Positions 22,701-37,289 of a DNA stretch of 64,000 nucleotides are shown piece by piece. Every line of letters starts with the position of its first letter. Positions within the stretch are counted from its first letter, which is position 1. Origin of the DNA: Mizuhopecten yessoensis (taxonomy: Eukaryota). The stretch lies in the NCBI RefSeq assembly GCF_002113885.1, contig NW_018407322.1, forward strand, positions 3,976-67,975, written 5' to 3'. Below the pieces are notes generated by a model that was not told the origin of the DNA, made no database searches, and worked only from the letters and a program-made list of their open reading frames with translations. A program made the position numbers and the translations under genes.

Positions 22701-25700
22701 ACATGTGGACAAATATAATCAAAACGTAAACATTCAACGACAAAATATACCACTGAGTCAGTACATGTGGACAAATATAACGACAACGTAAACATTCAAC
22801 GACAAAATATACCAATGAGTCAGTACATGAGGAAAAATAAATAATCGCAACTTAAACATTCAACGACAAAATATATCACTGAGTCAGTACATGAGGACAA
22901 ATATTACCACAACGTAAACATTTAACGACAAAATATACCAATGAGTCAGTACATGTGGACAAATATAACCACAACGTAAACATTCAACGACAAAATATAC
23001 CAATGAGTCAGTACATGTGGACAAATATAACCACAACGTAAACATTCAACGACAAAATATACCAATGAGTCAGTACATGTGGACAAATATAACCACAACG
23101 TAAACATTCAACGACAAAATATACCAATGAGTCAGTACATGTGGACAAATATAACCACAACGTAAACATTCAACGACAAAATATACCAATGAGTCAGTAC
23201 ATGTGGACAAATATAACCACAACGTAAACATTCAACGACAAAATATACCACTGAGTCAGTACATGTGGACAAATATAACCACAACGTAAACATTCAACGA
23301 CAAAATATACCAATGAGTCAGTACATGTGGACAAATATAACCACAACGTAAACATTCAACGACAAAATATACCAATGAGTCAGTACATGTGGACAAATAT
23401 AACCACAACGTAAACATTCAACGACAAAATATACCAATGAGTCAGTACATGTGGACAAATATAACCACAACGTAAACATTCAACGACAAAATATACCAAT
23501 GAGTCAGTACATGTGGACAAATATAACCACAACGTAAACATTCAACGACAAAATATACCAATGAGTCAGTACATGTGGACAAATATAACCACAACGTAAA
23601 CATTCAACGACAAAATATACCAATGAGTCAGTACATGTGGACAAATATAACCACAACGTAAACATTCAACGACAAAATATACCAATGAGTCAGTACATGT
23701 GGACAAATATAACCACAACGTAAACATTCAACGACAAAATATACCACTGAGTCAGTACATGTGGACAAATATAACCACAACGTAAACATTCAACGACAAA
23801 ATATACCAATGAGTCAGTACATGTGGACAAATATAACCACAACGTAAACATTCAACGACAAAATATACCAATGAGTCAGTACATGTGGACAAATATAACC
23901 ACAACGTAAACATTCAACGACAAAATATACCAATGAGTCAGTACATGTGGACAAATATAACCACAACGTAAACATTCAACGACAAAATATACCAATGAGT
24001 CAGTACATGTGGACAAATATAACCACAACGTAAACATTCAACGACAAAATATACCAATGAGTCAGTACATGTGGACAAATATAACCACAACGTAAACATT
24101 CAACGACAAAATATACCAATGAGTCAGTACATGTGGACAAATATAACCACAACGTAAACATTCAACGACAAAATATACCAATGAGTCAGTACATGTGGAC
24201 AAATATAACCACAACGTAAACATTCAACGACAAAATATACCAATGAGTCAGTACATGTGGACAAATATAACCACAACGTAAACATTCAACGACAAAATAT
24301 ACCAATGAGTCAGTACATGTGGACAAATATAACCACAACGTAAACATTCAACGACAAAATATACCACTGAGTCAGTACATGAGGAAAAATAAATAATCGC
24401 AACTTAAACATATCACTGAGTCAGTACATGAGGACAAATATTACCACAACGTAAACATTTAACGACAAAATATACCAATGAGTCAGTACATGTGGACAAA
24501 TATAACCACAACGTAAACATTCAACGACAAAATATACCAATGAGTCAGTACATGTGGACAAATATAACCACAACGTAAACATTCAACGACAAAATATACC
24601 AATGAGTCAGTACATGTGGACAAATATAACCACAACGTAAACATTCAACGACAAAATATACCAATGAGTCAGTACATGTGGACAAATATAACCACAACGT
24701 AAACATTCAACGACAAAATATACCAATGAGTCAGTACATGTGGACAAATATAACCACAACGTAAACATTCAACGACAAAATATACCAATGAGTCAGTACA
24801 TGTGGACAAATATAACCACAACGTAAACATTCAACGACAAAATATACCAATGAGTCAGTACATGTGGACAAATATAACCACAACGTAAACATTCAACGAC
24901 AAAATATACCAATGAGTCAGTACATGTGGACAAATATAACCACAACGTAAACATTCAACGACAAAATATACCAATGAGTCAGTACATGTGGACAAATATA
25001 ACCACAACGTAAACATTCAACGACAAAATATACCAATGAGTCAGTACATGTGGACAAATATAACCACAACGTAAACATTCAACGACAAAATATACCAATG
25101 AGTCAGTACATGTGGACAAATATAACCACAACGTAAACATTCAACGACAAAATATACCACTGAGTCAGTACATGTGGACAAATATAACCACAACGTAAAC
25201 ATTCAACGACAAAATATACCACTGAGTCAGTACATGAGGACAAATATAACCACAACGTAAACATTCAACGACAAAATATACCACCCTGTCAGTACATGAG
25301 GACAAATATAACCACAACGTAAACATTCAACGACAAAATATTCCACTGTGTCAGTACATGCGGACAAATATAACCACAACGTAAACATTCAACGACAAAA
25401 TATACCAATGAGTCAGTACATGTGGAAAAATATAACCACAGCGTAAACATTCAACGACAAAATATACCACTGTGTCAGTACATACGGACAAATATAACCA
25501 CAACGTAAACATTCAACGACAAAATATTCCACTGAATCAGTACATGAGGAAAAATAAATAATCGCAACTTAAACATTCAACGACAAAATATATCACAGAG
25601 TCAGTACATGAGGACAAATATAACCAAAACGTAAACATTCAACAACAAAATATACCACTGAGTCAGTACATGAGGACAAATATAACCACAACGTTAACAT

Positions 25701-28700
25701 TCAACGACAAAATCTGAACTTAAAGTCAACTTGTAAAAAGCAACAGCAGAAATAATCACGACAAGAGGAAAGACATATGTTCACGAAAGGAACGACATCG
25801 TGATCCCCAGATGATCACGAAAGGAACGAGTTTTACATGGACCACGTTCGGTATCTGCATGACCTTCTATTCATTTCTGGAAGACAGGAAGGTCAACAAT
25901 GACCTTTAACACGGTTAATAAGTCATAAATCATCAAAGACATTTAAATTTCACGAGTGAAGTATTTTAAAGATTGTGCATTGAAAATAATGAATGCTTTA
26001 AATGTGCCTTTTTGATTTATAAGTTAATTTGTCTAGATGTATACAGTCAGGAAGACTAGTAGACTTGAAGTAAAACTGCCATTAAACGCAGATCAATGTT
26101 CTCCTTTTGTCGCTAGAGTTGTTCAAAGATATTAAGTGTATCTTTAAGGCTGTTTAGAATGTACAATGTATGTGAAACCCTTTTATTATATGAATTCTAA
26201 AAATAAAAGAACTCAAAAGATCATAATTATGAGATAACGTGCAGATTGCCTGCCCCATTAGAGTACCTGCGGATTTTCTCTTACTTAAAGCTATTATACT
26301 CAATGAATACCAGGTTCACTTTCAACGTCTAGTACACATTACCTGTACTTATCTGCCTGTGTAACAATGTAAGACATCAAATCTTTCAATTAAGATGTCA
26401 TTGTGAATTTTTGTACTTTCCATATCCCCTGTATCATTATTGAATTATTAAATAATATTATTTTATAATCTGATGTACCATGTCGACTCCTAGTACTTCA
26501 TTCAGTACTCAACATAGAACCTACCACCTAGTACTTCATTCAGTACTCAGTATAGAACCTACCACCTAGTACTTCACTCAGTACTCAACATCGAACTTAC
26601 CACCTAGTACTTCATTCAGTACTCAACATAGAACCTACCACCCAGTACTTCATTCAGTACTCAACATAGAACCTACCTACCACCTAGTACTTCATTCAGT
26701 ACTCAACATAGAACCTACCACCCAGTACTTCATTCAGTACTCAACATAGAACCTACCTACCACCTAGTACTTCATTCAGTACTCAACATAGAACCTACCA
26801 CCCAGTACTTCATTCAGTACTCAACATAGAACCTACCACCCAGTACTTCATTCAGTACTCAACATAGAACCTACCACCCAGTACTTCATTCAGTACTCAA
26901 CATAGAACCTACCACCCAGTACTTCATTCAGTACTCAACATAGAACCTACCACCCAGTACTTCATTCAGTACTCAACATAGAACCTACCACCCAGTACTT
27001 CATTCAGTACTCAACATAGAACCTACCACCCAGTACTTCATTCAGTACTCAACATAGAACCTACCACCCAGTACTTCATTCAGTACTCAACATAGAACCT
27101 ACCACCCAGTACTTCATTCAGTACTCAACATAGAACCTACCACCCAGTACTTCATTCAGTACTCAACATAGAACCTACCACCCAGTACTTCATTCAGTAC
27201 TCAACATAGAACCTACCACCCAGTACTTCATTCAGTACTCAACATAGAACCTACCACCCAGTACTTCATTCAGTACTCAACATAAAACCTACCACCGAGT
27301 ACTTCATTCAGTACTCAACATAGAACCTACCACCCAGTACTTCACTCAGTACTCAACATAGAACCTACTACCCAGTACTTCATTCAGTACTCAACATAGA
27401 ACCTACCACCCAGTCCTTCACTCAGTACTCAACATAGAACCTACTACCCAGTACTTCACTCAGTACTCAACATAGAACCTACCACCCAGTCCTTCACTCA
27501 GTACTCAACATAGAACCTACTACCCAGTACTTCACTCAGTACTCAACATAGAACCTACTACCCAGTACTTCATTCAGTACTCAACATAGAGCCTACCACC
27601 CAGTTCTTCATTCAGTACTCAACATAGAACCTACCACCTATTACTTCATTCAGTACTCAACATAGAACCTACCACCCAGTACTTCATTCAGTACTCAACA
27701 TAGAACCTACCTACCACCTATTACTTCATTCAGTACTCAACATAGAACCTACCACCTATCACTTCATTCAATACTCAACATAGAACCTACCACCTATTAC
27801 TTCATTCAGTACTCAACATAGAACCTACCTACCACCTATTACTTCATTCAGTACTCAACATAGAACCTACCACCCAGTACTTCATTCAGTACTCAACATA
27901 GCACCGACCACCTAGTTCTCCATTCAGTATTCAACATAGAACCTACCACCTAGTACTTCATTCAGTACTCAACATAAAACCTACCACCTAGTACTTCATT
28001 CAGTACTCAACATAAAACCTACCACCTAGTACTTCATTCAGTACTCAACATAAAACCTACCACCCAGTACTTCATTCAGTACTCAAAATAGAACCTACTA
28101 CCCAGTACTTCATTCAGTACTCAACATAGAACCTACCTACCACCTATTACTTCATTCAGTACTCAACATAGAACCTACCACCTATCACTTCATTCAGTAC
28201 TCAACATAGAACCTACCTACCACCTATTACTTCATTCAGTACTCAACATAGAACCTACCACCTAGTGCTTCATTCAGTACTCAACATAGAACCTACCACC
28301 CAGTACTTCATTCAGTACTCAACATAGAACCTACCACCTACCGTATTTTGACGCATGTGTTGTAATGCTGCTTTTTGACTAAAGTTGTCGGTCAATTTCA
28401 ATTAGATCGTGGCGAATAAAAAATATCCTTTCTACATATTAGATTTAATAATGAAGCACTTATCTTGCAACCTTTGTTCTATAACAGCTTAACTAACCAT
28501 GGGATTAAAACAATTATGCAGCGACATTATTCAAATTGTAGTGCGACATATACAAGAAAGAAAACTCAGCTTTTCCTTGATAAATAGTAAAATCTTCCTC
28601 TTTTCTTATCCAATATAATTAAATTTAGAAGTTATTGTATCTAATTTTAAACCTGAAAAAACTGACGGCTTCCATCCTTATACAAAAGAAATGCAACAAC

Positions 28701-29638
28701 GTCATTACAAAATACAATCAAACATTTTAAAAACGATGTAAGGAATACACTTAAATGTCTTTTAGTAAGACGATGCAGAAAATGTAACACAGAAAACATA
28801 AAGTCTGTTTCGATCTAATTATTGGTACTAAAGATCAAAAGAAAATCAATAGCCTAAATGCTTCAATACAAATGTTTACATACAGCGAACAAGGAAAGAG
28901 TGTCTATAAAACCCTTGTTTAACGTTACTAATGTATAGCTTTGACTACAACAGGTAACATATCTCTATCTAGTGTTTTACAGTAGACCAAGCACCTTGTA
29001 GCGTCAAATATCAACTAAAATATGACAAAATATATCTCAAATTAGAAAACCAAATTGGACAACGACAGGACGCAGAAATGAAAATGAACTGTGATGTGTA
29101 TTTCATTGACAGTGTGTGTAGGCATACCCTTTTAGGGGGGGGGGNGGGGGCTGACGTGTATACTAATGACTCAAATAATCTCTGTGTATTGTGCAAATAT
29201 TTCTATGTATCAATCATGTGACTCGACAACACGCTCTCACCATGATCCTTCCCTGTCGAGATTGTATACTAATATTGTCATCAAAGTAAACAGCTCATTA
29301 AATTAACAACCCGAGCCCTACCACTGATCAGGTCAAATTGGCGATAACACGCCTTACTGTTCTCTTGCATCATAAAAAGCATTACTTTGTCCTAAAACAG
29401 CTCTAATGGTATTCATGATCTTGATGTTTTCCTCATGGAGAACGTACCGGTTCTTATTTCTAATGACGTTGTTTAACGTTAATGTTGATTGTACGTGTGG
29501 CTTCTAACCACTTAAACATTTTCCATCATCTGCGGGTGCTTCTTTAATAAGTGTCTGTTTATCAAAGGTTAAATTAAGTCACTACTATTTACCTCCAACA
29601 GCTCCTGCTAGAAAGCCATGAAAGGAATTGTCTGCCAT
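19758..29638 (-). CDS. mitochondrial carrier SLC25A45/A48-like paralogue A (divergent), 294 aa
   Basis: Exons 29638-29593 (MADNSFHGFLAGAVG), 22249-22206 (GIAVVLVGYPFDTVK), 21391-21323, 20879-20621, 20224-19758. GT-AG, phases 1,0,0,1, 885 nt open. Px[DE]xxK motifs PFDTVK, PVDYVK, PFDVIK; also REVP and RAFPVNA. Confidence 0.88.
20235..20490. repeat. 52-bp tandem repeat, 5 copies, abutting the last acceptor of carrier A
   Basis: Unit AAAGCTGTGAAACTAAATTCATGCTTTAGGACATAAAGAAGTTCAGATATAC. Confidence 0.92.
21415..22170. repeat. 32-bp repeat (21415-21560) grading into a related 85-bp repeat (21560-22170), filling carrier A intron 2
   Basis: TCGAATGTTGCATTGG at 32-bp spacing, then TCGAAAGGGAGTACTTCAAGG at 85-bp spacing. 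Confidence 0.92.
22490..25715. repeat. 62-bp satellite, ~52 near-identical copies, in carrier A intron 1
   Basis: Unit AAATATACCAATGAGTCAGTACATGTGGACAAATATAACCACAACGTAAACATTCAACGACA. Confidence 0.98.
26490..28340. repeat. 38-bp minisatellite, ~48 copies, in carrier A intron 1
   Basis: Unit CCCAGTACTTCATTCAGTACTCAACATAGAACCTACCA. Confidence 0.97.
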
Positions 29639-31469
29639 CTCTCAAGGACAACGTGCTTCGGAATGTTAAATGTTCCTCGGTCGATGGATTCTTTGGTGTA
29701 GAGACATTGAATTATGTGCGATTCTAATGATAATGCCACATGTTAATTGTTTGTTTAAGTTTAATTGCAAAATAGATATCAGGCCTAGAGAAGACTGCAT
29801 TTAAATCAGACCATCCAATCAGGTATACTTGCCAGTTTTGTTCTTTACTTTCGTACGTATTTTATACCGTTAATCACTTAATACACGATTCACAATTCAC
29901 TCTCTTTTTAAACACAGTCGCATTAGATCATATATTTCAGTGAGAGGCTTATTGAAATACTTGTTGCTGTAGATATTAAACCACTACTTACCTATCGGGT
30001 ATCCGTCGGGTGGTAGTGCAAGTTCCCAAGAACTTGGTATATATACCTAGTTATAAAAAAGTATTGCGTCAGACCATTTTTGTTTCAATTTTCCTTTCTT
30101 TGTTTGATGTGATTAATGTTACTTCCCTGTGATGACTCTGACCTGTACCAGGTGCACGTATACTTACACCCGGTTACGTACAGGACATTCAGTAGATACC
30201 GACTCAGCATGGTGCTAGACCTGCGCACATTCTCTAAGTTCCCTAATTAAATAGCATTGCCCTCAGGGTATTCATACGAGCTTATGTTTTAGACAACAAA
30301 CGGAATCTATACACTGAAATGGGATGAGAAATACAGATGACTTTGGATCAATGCTATAACCAATATGTAGTTGTTAAATTGGATGTAAAAAAGAAGTTAA
30401 AGGTTTGCATATATTTGATAAAAGTGTTATTATTGTCAACGGGGGTCTTGGAATTATCAGAGGAATTTAATCGACCAGCTCAGTGGTCTGGAGGTGATGT
30501 AAGCGTCCACATTAGGTGTACAAAATGCGTCACGTCATGTTCCCTGATCCAATAAAACCAGAACACGGCAAAAATTTAATATTTCTGAACAACACTTTTT
30601 TCAATAGATCATCAATTTTGAACATCAAATATCATTTATTGAATTAAAAAAACACATTGAAATTCCAAACGGTCTTTTCGAGGCAATTTTGTGCATTGTG
30701 ATTAAGAATCACCGAGCTACATTGTAATGCATTAAGAACTCCCGGGGAGTATACTACAAACGCAAGAATGTCACCAATCCCCGGCAAAGTGGGAAAACTC
30801 GCATTATATCTAGAAACATGGTTTGCCAGGTTGGTTAATATGAAAAATGGAATGGAATTCACGTTACAACACCAGACTGGGCAAAACGTGTTCAAATTTA
30901 ATTTCAATACATTTGTCATTTTGAGCAGATATCGTAACCTGGTTTTAGCTGGGTATAGATATGTCTGACTGATCAATCTTCCTACGAATCGACACCGTAC
31001 AAATAACTAAAAAGGTTTTATTATATCTTGTGATATGGTATTTCTTTGTCGGTATGAGATCGATGTGTTTGATTACGCTCATTAGTGTAGTTTTGTTTTC
31101 TCTAAAGGAGTTCTCGATCTAAGGGCGTGACATTACTTGGATTTATATAGCGGGTGTCATCGATGAAGTAGATGACGCTTACCCTTCCGGAACATCTGGT
31201 CTTTTTCTCCTTGTAATATTTCAATCATCATATTGTGCCGTAGTGTTATCGATTTTGAGATCGAATTATGCTTTTGTTGACGCTTCGGTATTCTCCTGGT
31301 GTTTTTTAGTTGTGTTACATGAACTTCGGTACTAAAACATGTGTCATGGACTTTTATTAATAATAAAGTCGATATTATATTTTCAATTCGTTTCAAGAAA
31401 AACACACATTGGAAACGCAGTACGTTTTAATGTATAAATTATATAAACAATTGCTATGCCTAGAATGTG

Positions 31470-34400
31470 TCATCTACTGTCAAGGTACTGGAGTATTTGT
31501 GAGTATACTACAAACGTCACAGCGTTCACTGGAAACGCTCGGACACAAGTCACGGCACAGCCCCTGTAGAACACTCGGAGTCCTTCTGCCTTGTAGCTCT
31601 TGACTGCACAATCCAACGGCCCATTGTACTGGCCAAGCAGATCTGCTTGGTAACGGCTCTTAACGACATCAATCGGCATTATTGAGAACCAAGTTATACT
31701 TCCGGCACAGCCACCAGCAATGAAGTCCGCTATGAACCCCTTGGAGTCAGTCCAGCCCTTACTTTTCAGACCTTCACTGAAGGACTCATAGACAAGCAGA
31801 AAGAGTCCGTAAGACGGCACTTCTCGCCAAAACATGGCGCCGCCACCTTTGTATAATCCTGATAATCCCTTGGTTCTGTACACGTGCTTAGCGCATTGTA
31901 TTGGTCCCTTGAAATAAGGATCCTTGCCTGGTGTGTGAACTGTAATGGGAAAAAAACTACTGTTAATTATCGACCATTTTTCTTGTTTGCAACAGTGTTA
32001 ATACTAACAGCATGTACAGTAACAGTCCTGCAGGTGGGAGATCGGGAAAAGAATACACCTGCTGTTACCCACTGCATGTTTCGTAGGAGGCGACTAATAT
32101 GGAAACCCCCTGCTGAATTGGGGATTTGCTTTGGTGTCCTCTATTTGGGGACACAAAAGCGACCAAAATAAATCTGCTGCACCCATTGCAATATTTGGGA
32201 TCTTTATCTTTCTTTTTAGTTCTAAATACCTTTTATTTCCTAGCGCCTTGCTTGGCAACACCTCACTTTTGCCCTTAGTGTTGAGCGTTTGCTCAGGTGA
32301 GGAAGGCAATGGGTTCCGTCCCCAGGCCGGGACATACCAAAGTCTTAAAAATGGTAGTTGTTATTACCTACTTAACGTTCAACATTTAGGGGAATGGCAA
32401 CAACTGGTTCATCCGTTGTCAGTATAATGTGACCGGGCGGATTGCTATGCTTGGTGCCTTCGTCATTGTATGTCAGTGAGATAGCACTTTAAAGTCGGCA
32501 TCAGATCCGACCTATCACAAGGAGACAAGCACACACACACGCAAGCACGCATAAACTACACACATGGAGGCACAACCTTAAATGACCTTAGCTGTTAAAT
32601 AGGACGTTATCCAAAATTAAACCAAACCAAACCAAATCAAGGTATTTTGAATATCATTCTTGATATTGCAATCAAAATGTATTGATTTCATATGCGAGTT
32701 TGATTTTAAAAAGATCGTTTTTGCTCATTGATGGGAAAACAACTTCAAAGAACAACGTACAAAGAGTGAAAACAAAGTATGTGCATAGTAAATAAGAACA
32801 CTGGAAGGACCGCTCAATGTCTCTGTGGTTATACCTTTTGTTCCGTGTGTATCCGGAACAATCTGGGACTGCAAAACTACTTTGACATAATCAGTAGGTA
32901 TGACAGGAATTAGTTGCGCAGCGCCCCCTACACATCCTGCCAGGTAAATATTGAGGTAGGATGACTTCTTAGTGTCCTTGTCTTTGTCGAGGAACTTCAG
33001 TGTGTTACCGTAGACGCCGAACAGGACGGAGTTAACAACGCCGTACGACATGAGTGGCCAGGACAGCCCTCGGAAGAATCCAGCAGTCTAGTCGGCAAAA
33101 GAAAACAGATCCTGTCGTAGTTCCTAACAGGGTCTAATTTATTCATATACGAAAACGTAAAAGAAAACTGTTTGTCAATTTCAACGTAAGAGTATCAAAC
33201 AGCAACAACTCATGAGCACATCAACAAGACTTGCAAAAACAATCAAAAGTGGTGCCATGATCAATACCAACAAAAATATCCGAAATCTTACATAGTTGTC
33301 ACCAATGACATTTTACGTGAGAGGAGATTGATGATATAGGCAGATTTTATGACACTGAGTTTTTCACATTAGCTAAGGTTTGAATGGCAATACTATTTTC
33401 ATCAGTGTTTTTCCTAAGAATGTACATTCAGTTACTGGTTATAACTATACGGTTGCTTAGTTTCCTATCAGAAGTCTGAACACACATAATAATATCAACA
33501 TTGAGTCAATGGTTCCAGCCAATGCTGTATCAGTGCTCACCAAGCCCTGCTTGAAAATGTTCGAAGCCATCGCCACAGTTCCCTTGAGCTGACTCCCATG
33601 TTGCGTCTGTAGTTTTACCTGATGTGAGAGAAATGAAGCTTCTTCTGAGATTACGTAAATGAGCCAGTACATGTACTACAATCAGATCATTATTTTGTGA
33701 CATATATCACAGGTACTAAGTGATGGCTATTTCTAAACTACATTACAAGTAACAAATTAAAATAAACATACATAACAAGTACTAAATCATTTTGATCTAC
33801 ATACCATTACTAAGTTATTTATGTACTACATAACAAGTACTATGAGGTGAATATTCTGACCTACATAACAAGTACTATGAGGTGAATATTCTGACCTACA
33901 TAACAAGTACTACGAGGGGGACATTTCTGACCTACATAACAAGTACTATGAGGGGGACATTTCTGACCTACATAACAAGTACTATGAGGTGGATATTTCT
34001 GACCTACGAGGTGAATATTTCTGACCTACATAACAAGTGCTATAAGGTGAATATTTCTGACCTACATAACAAATACTATGAGGTGGATATTCTGACCTAC
34101 ATAACAAGTACTATGAGGTGAATATTCTGACCTACATAACAAGTACTATGAGGTGAATATTCTGACCTACATAACAAGTACTATGAGGGGGACATTTCTG
34201 ACCTACATAACAAGTACTATGAGGGGGACATTTCTGACCTACATAACAAGTACTATGAGGGGGACATTTCTGACCTACATAACAAGTACTATGAGGGGGA
34301 CATTTCTGACCTACATAACAAGTACTATGAGGGGGACATTTCTGACCTACATAACAAGTACTATGAGGGGGACATTTCTGACCTACATAACAAGTACTAT

Positions 34401-37289
34401 GAGGGGGACATTTCTGACCTACATAACAAGTACTATGAGGTGAATATTTCTGACCTACGAGGTGAATATTTCTGACCTACATAACAAGTGCTATAAGGTG
34501 AATATTTCTGACCTACATAACAAATACTATGAGGTGGATATTCTGACCTACATAACAAGTACTATGAGGTGAATATTCTGACCTACATAACAAGTACTAT
34601 GAGGTGAATATTCTGACCTACATAACAAGTACTATGAGGGGGACATTTCTGACCTACATAACAAGTACTATGAGGGGGACATTTCTGACCTACATAACAA
34701 GTACTATGAGGTGAATATTTCTGACCTACGAGGTGAATATTTCTGACCTACATAACAAGTGCTATAAGGTGAATATTTCTGACCTACATAACAAATACTA
34801 TGAGGTGGATATTTCGGACCTACATTACAAGAGATATGAGGTGGATATTTCTGACCTACATAACAAGTACTAAGAGGGGGATATTTCAGGCCTACATAGC
34901 CAGTACTATGAGGTGGATATTTCTGACCTACATAACAAATACTATGAGGTGGATATTTCTGACCTGCATAACAAGTGATATGAGGTGAATATTCTGACCT
35001 ACATAACAAGTACTATGAGGTGATTATTTCTGACCTACATAACAAGTACTACGAAGTACAGTAATGTACATATACCAAGAATGTACATCAACACTTAGAT
35101 AACGTATCACAGTGTCTATTTTTCCTGAAATGAGTATATTAAACTATCTCTTCGTTAGAATACACCAAAATCAAGGGACTGACTTAAAATAAAATGTTGA
35201 AACAAGAAATATAACACAGAGAGGGACTGTCACTACACGCGCCTCACTCCGAAGTACGCAATCACAATAACCTCTTTTAATATATTCTCAAATTTCTGAG
35301 GAAGCCGAAAAGATATTGGTCACCACGATAACGCTTACATACATTCGTTTTAGTTAAGTTTCTTCACACAATATTCAGTTAACCTCAAATAGCTATTTCA
35401 ATAGCAAACGAAAAATCAACCGTCCTTTTAAGCAATTTATCTTTGGGTTTTTTTAGGGGTTTTTTTTATATACAGTATCATAATGTACTAGAAATACAAT
35501 ATCATGTTATACTTTAAGTAATATATCATAATGCACTAGAAATACAATGTCATGTTATAACTCAAGTTATATATCATAATGTACTAGAAATACAATACCA
35601 TGTTATAAGTCAAGTTACATGTATATACAGGATCATGATGTACTAGAAATACAATATCATGTTATAATTTATGTAACATATCATTTTGTACTAGAAATAC
35701 AATTTCATGTTATCATTTAAGTTACATGTATACATCGTAATGTACTATAAATACAATATCAAGTCACAATATAAGTAATATATCATAATGTACCAGAAAT
35801 ACAACATCATGTTATAATTTAAGTAATATATCATAATGCACTAGAAATACAACATCATGTTATAATTTAAGTTACATGTATACATCACAATGTACCAGAA
35901 ATACAACATCATGTTACAATATATAAGTAAAACATCATAATGTACTAGAAATACAATATCATGTTATAACTCAAGTTACATGTATATACAGTTTCATGAT
36001 GTACTAGAAATACAATATCATGTTATAATATAAATAATATATCATTTTGTACTAGAAATACAATACCATGTTATAAGTCAAGTTACATGTATATACAGTA
36101 TCATGATGTACTAGAAATACAATATCATGTTATAATATAAATAATATATCATTTTGTACTAGAAATACAATACCATGTTATAAGTCAAGTTACATGTATA
36201 TACAGTATCATGATGTACTAGAAATACAATATCATGTTATAATTTAAGTGATATATCATTTTGTACTAGAAATACAATATCATGTTATAATTTAAGTAAT
36301 ATATCATAATGTACTAGAAATACAATATCATTTTTTGTTTGTTTTCATTACGTAGTAAACTCGTTATATTGTATAAAAACAGCGTTTTCATTTTGTAGTA
36401 AACAAGCAATATTGTATAATAACGTGTTTTTTTTTTAATCTTATTTTTATTAGGAACCATTAATCGCCATAATTTAAGCATATTATATATAGTGTATTGA
36501 TTCACATTTAAAACGAAAAGGAAGTTAATAAAAGTAAATAATCAAAATAAAAGATTCAATCCGGAAACTAAAAGGTCCCGTGTTTACGTTAAGCAATTTA
36601 TCTTATTATCTTTAGGGAAAGACAAAATCCGCAAACATATTTCACCTCACACTAAATATTAGGACCATGCAGACACTACAAAACCTAGAGTGCATGTAGT
36701 TTTCTAAAAGCTTTACAGCAGATGAACTCGTGCTCAAGTACAGTTTAAATACTGCGATCACAATGTGCACAGTAGGTACAGGTATACATTTCTATTAGGT
36801 TTCAGCTAGACAATCGATATAGTTTCCATGTCATACACTACAAACATGGTAGTATACCTCACAATGGCCGTTAACTGAATGGTCTATCGTACCTTTGCCG
36901 CAATGTCAAATGATGTATTTATTACCTTTGCCGTTATGTCATATGTTGTATTTATTTAGCTTACCTTTGTCGTATCAAAGGGATGTCCGACCAACAGACC
37001 TGCAGAACCTGCGAATTACAATTAAAGTGTTTATAATAACATAAATGATTCAATTTGCTGATGTGATATTTCCATGTATATTTCCTAATTCCGAAGCATT
37101 AACGAACATTCATTATATTCTTTATGGCCGCTCTTTACACATGATATAAAGGATTTTGCATTTTTTTTGTAATAAAGTTAACACTTATATGATGAATGAT
37201 TATAATATATATTGATATACTGATATTGAACGATGCTTTACACCTCCGATAGCTCCCGCTATATAGTCGTTTATCAGGTGACTAGGCAT
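31470..37289 (-). CDS. SLC25A45: mitochondrial carrier SLC25A45-like paralogue B (most canonical), ~296 aa
   Basis: Exons 37289-37244 (MPSHLINDYIAGAIG), 37008-36965 (GSAGLLVGHPFDTTK), 33618-33541, 33087-32835, 31939-31470 (alternative in-frame AG would start the exon at 31927). VVNSVLFGVYGN, SYLNIYLAGCVGG, YFKGPIQCA and RAFPVNAVTF resemble recalled SLC25A45. The symbol is tentative within the A45/A47/A48 group. Confidence 0.88.
32265..32640 (+). mobile_element. tRNA-derived Meta-domain SINE in carrier B intron 4
   Basis: Degenerate box A (TAGTGTTGAGCG) and box B (GGGTTCCGTCCC). Meta-like core ACCAAAGTCTTAAAAATGGTAG...GTCAGTATAATGTGACCGGG. Tail TGACCTTAGCTGTTAAATAGGACGTTA followed by (AAACC)n. 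Confidence 0.7.
33770..35050. repeat. 35-36-bp minisatellite, ~35 copies, in carrier B intron 2
   Basis: Unit GAGGTGAATATTTCTGACCTACATAACAAGTACTAT. It produces the MRGTFLTYITST pseudo-ORF. Confidence 0.96.
35470..36330. repeat. ~48-58-bp AT-rich tandem repeat, ~16 copies
   Basis: Core AATGTACTAGAAATACAATATCATGTTATA. Confidence 0.92.
36889..36975 (-). repeat. degenerate triplication of the carrier B exon-2 donor
   Basis: Minus strand: GACAAAG|GTAA (real donor), GGCAAAG|GTAA, GGCAAAG|GTAC, with similar ~33-39-bp spacers. Confidence 0.6.

Noticed and set aside
22490-28340. CRISPR-like appearance of regular arrays (also 1-1880)
   Set aside because: Units are head-to-tail with no unique spacers, there are no cas genes, and the context is eukaryotic introns.
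30644-30976. 110-aa minus-strand ORF between carriers A and B
   Set aside because: No motif, no splice support and a length compatible with chance.
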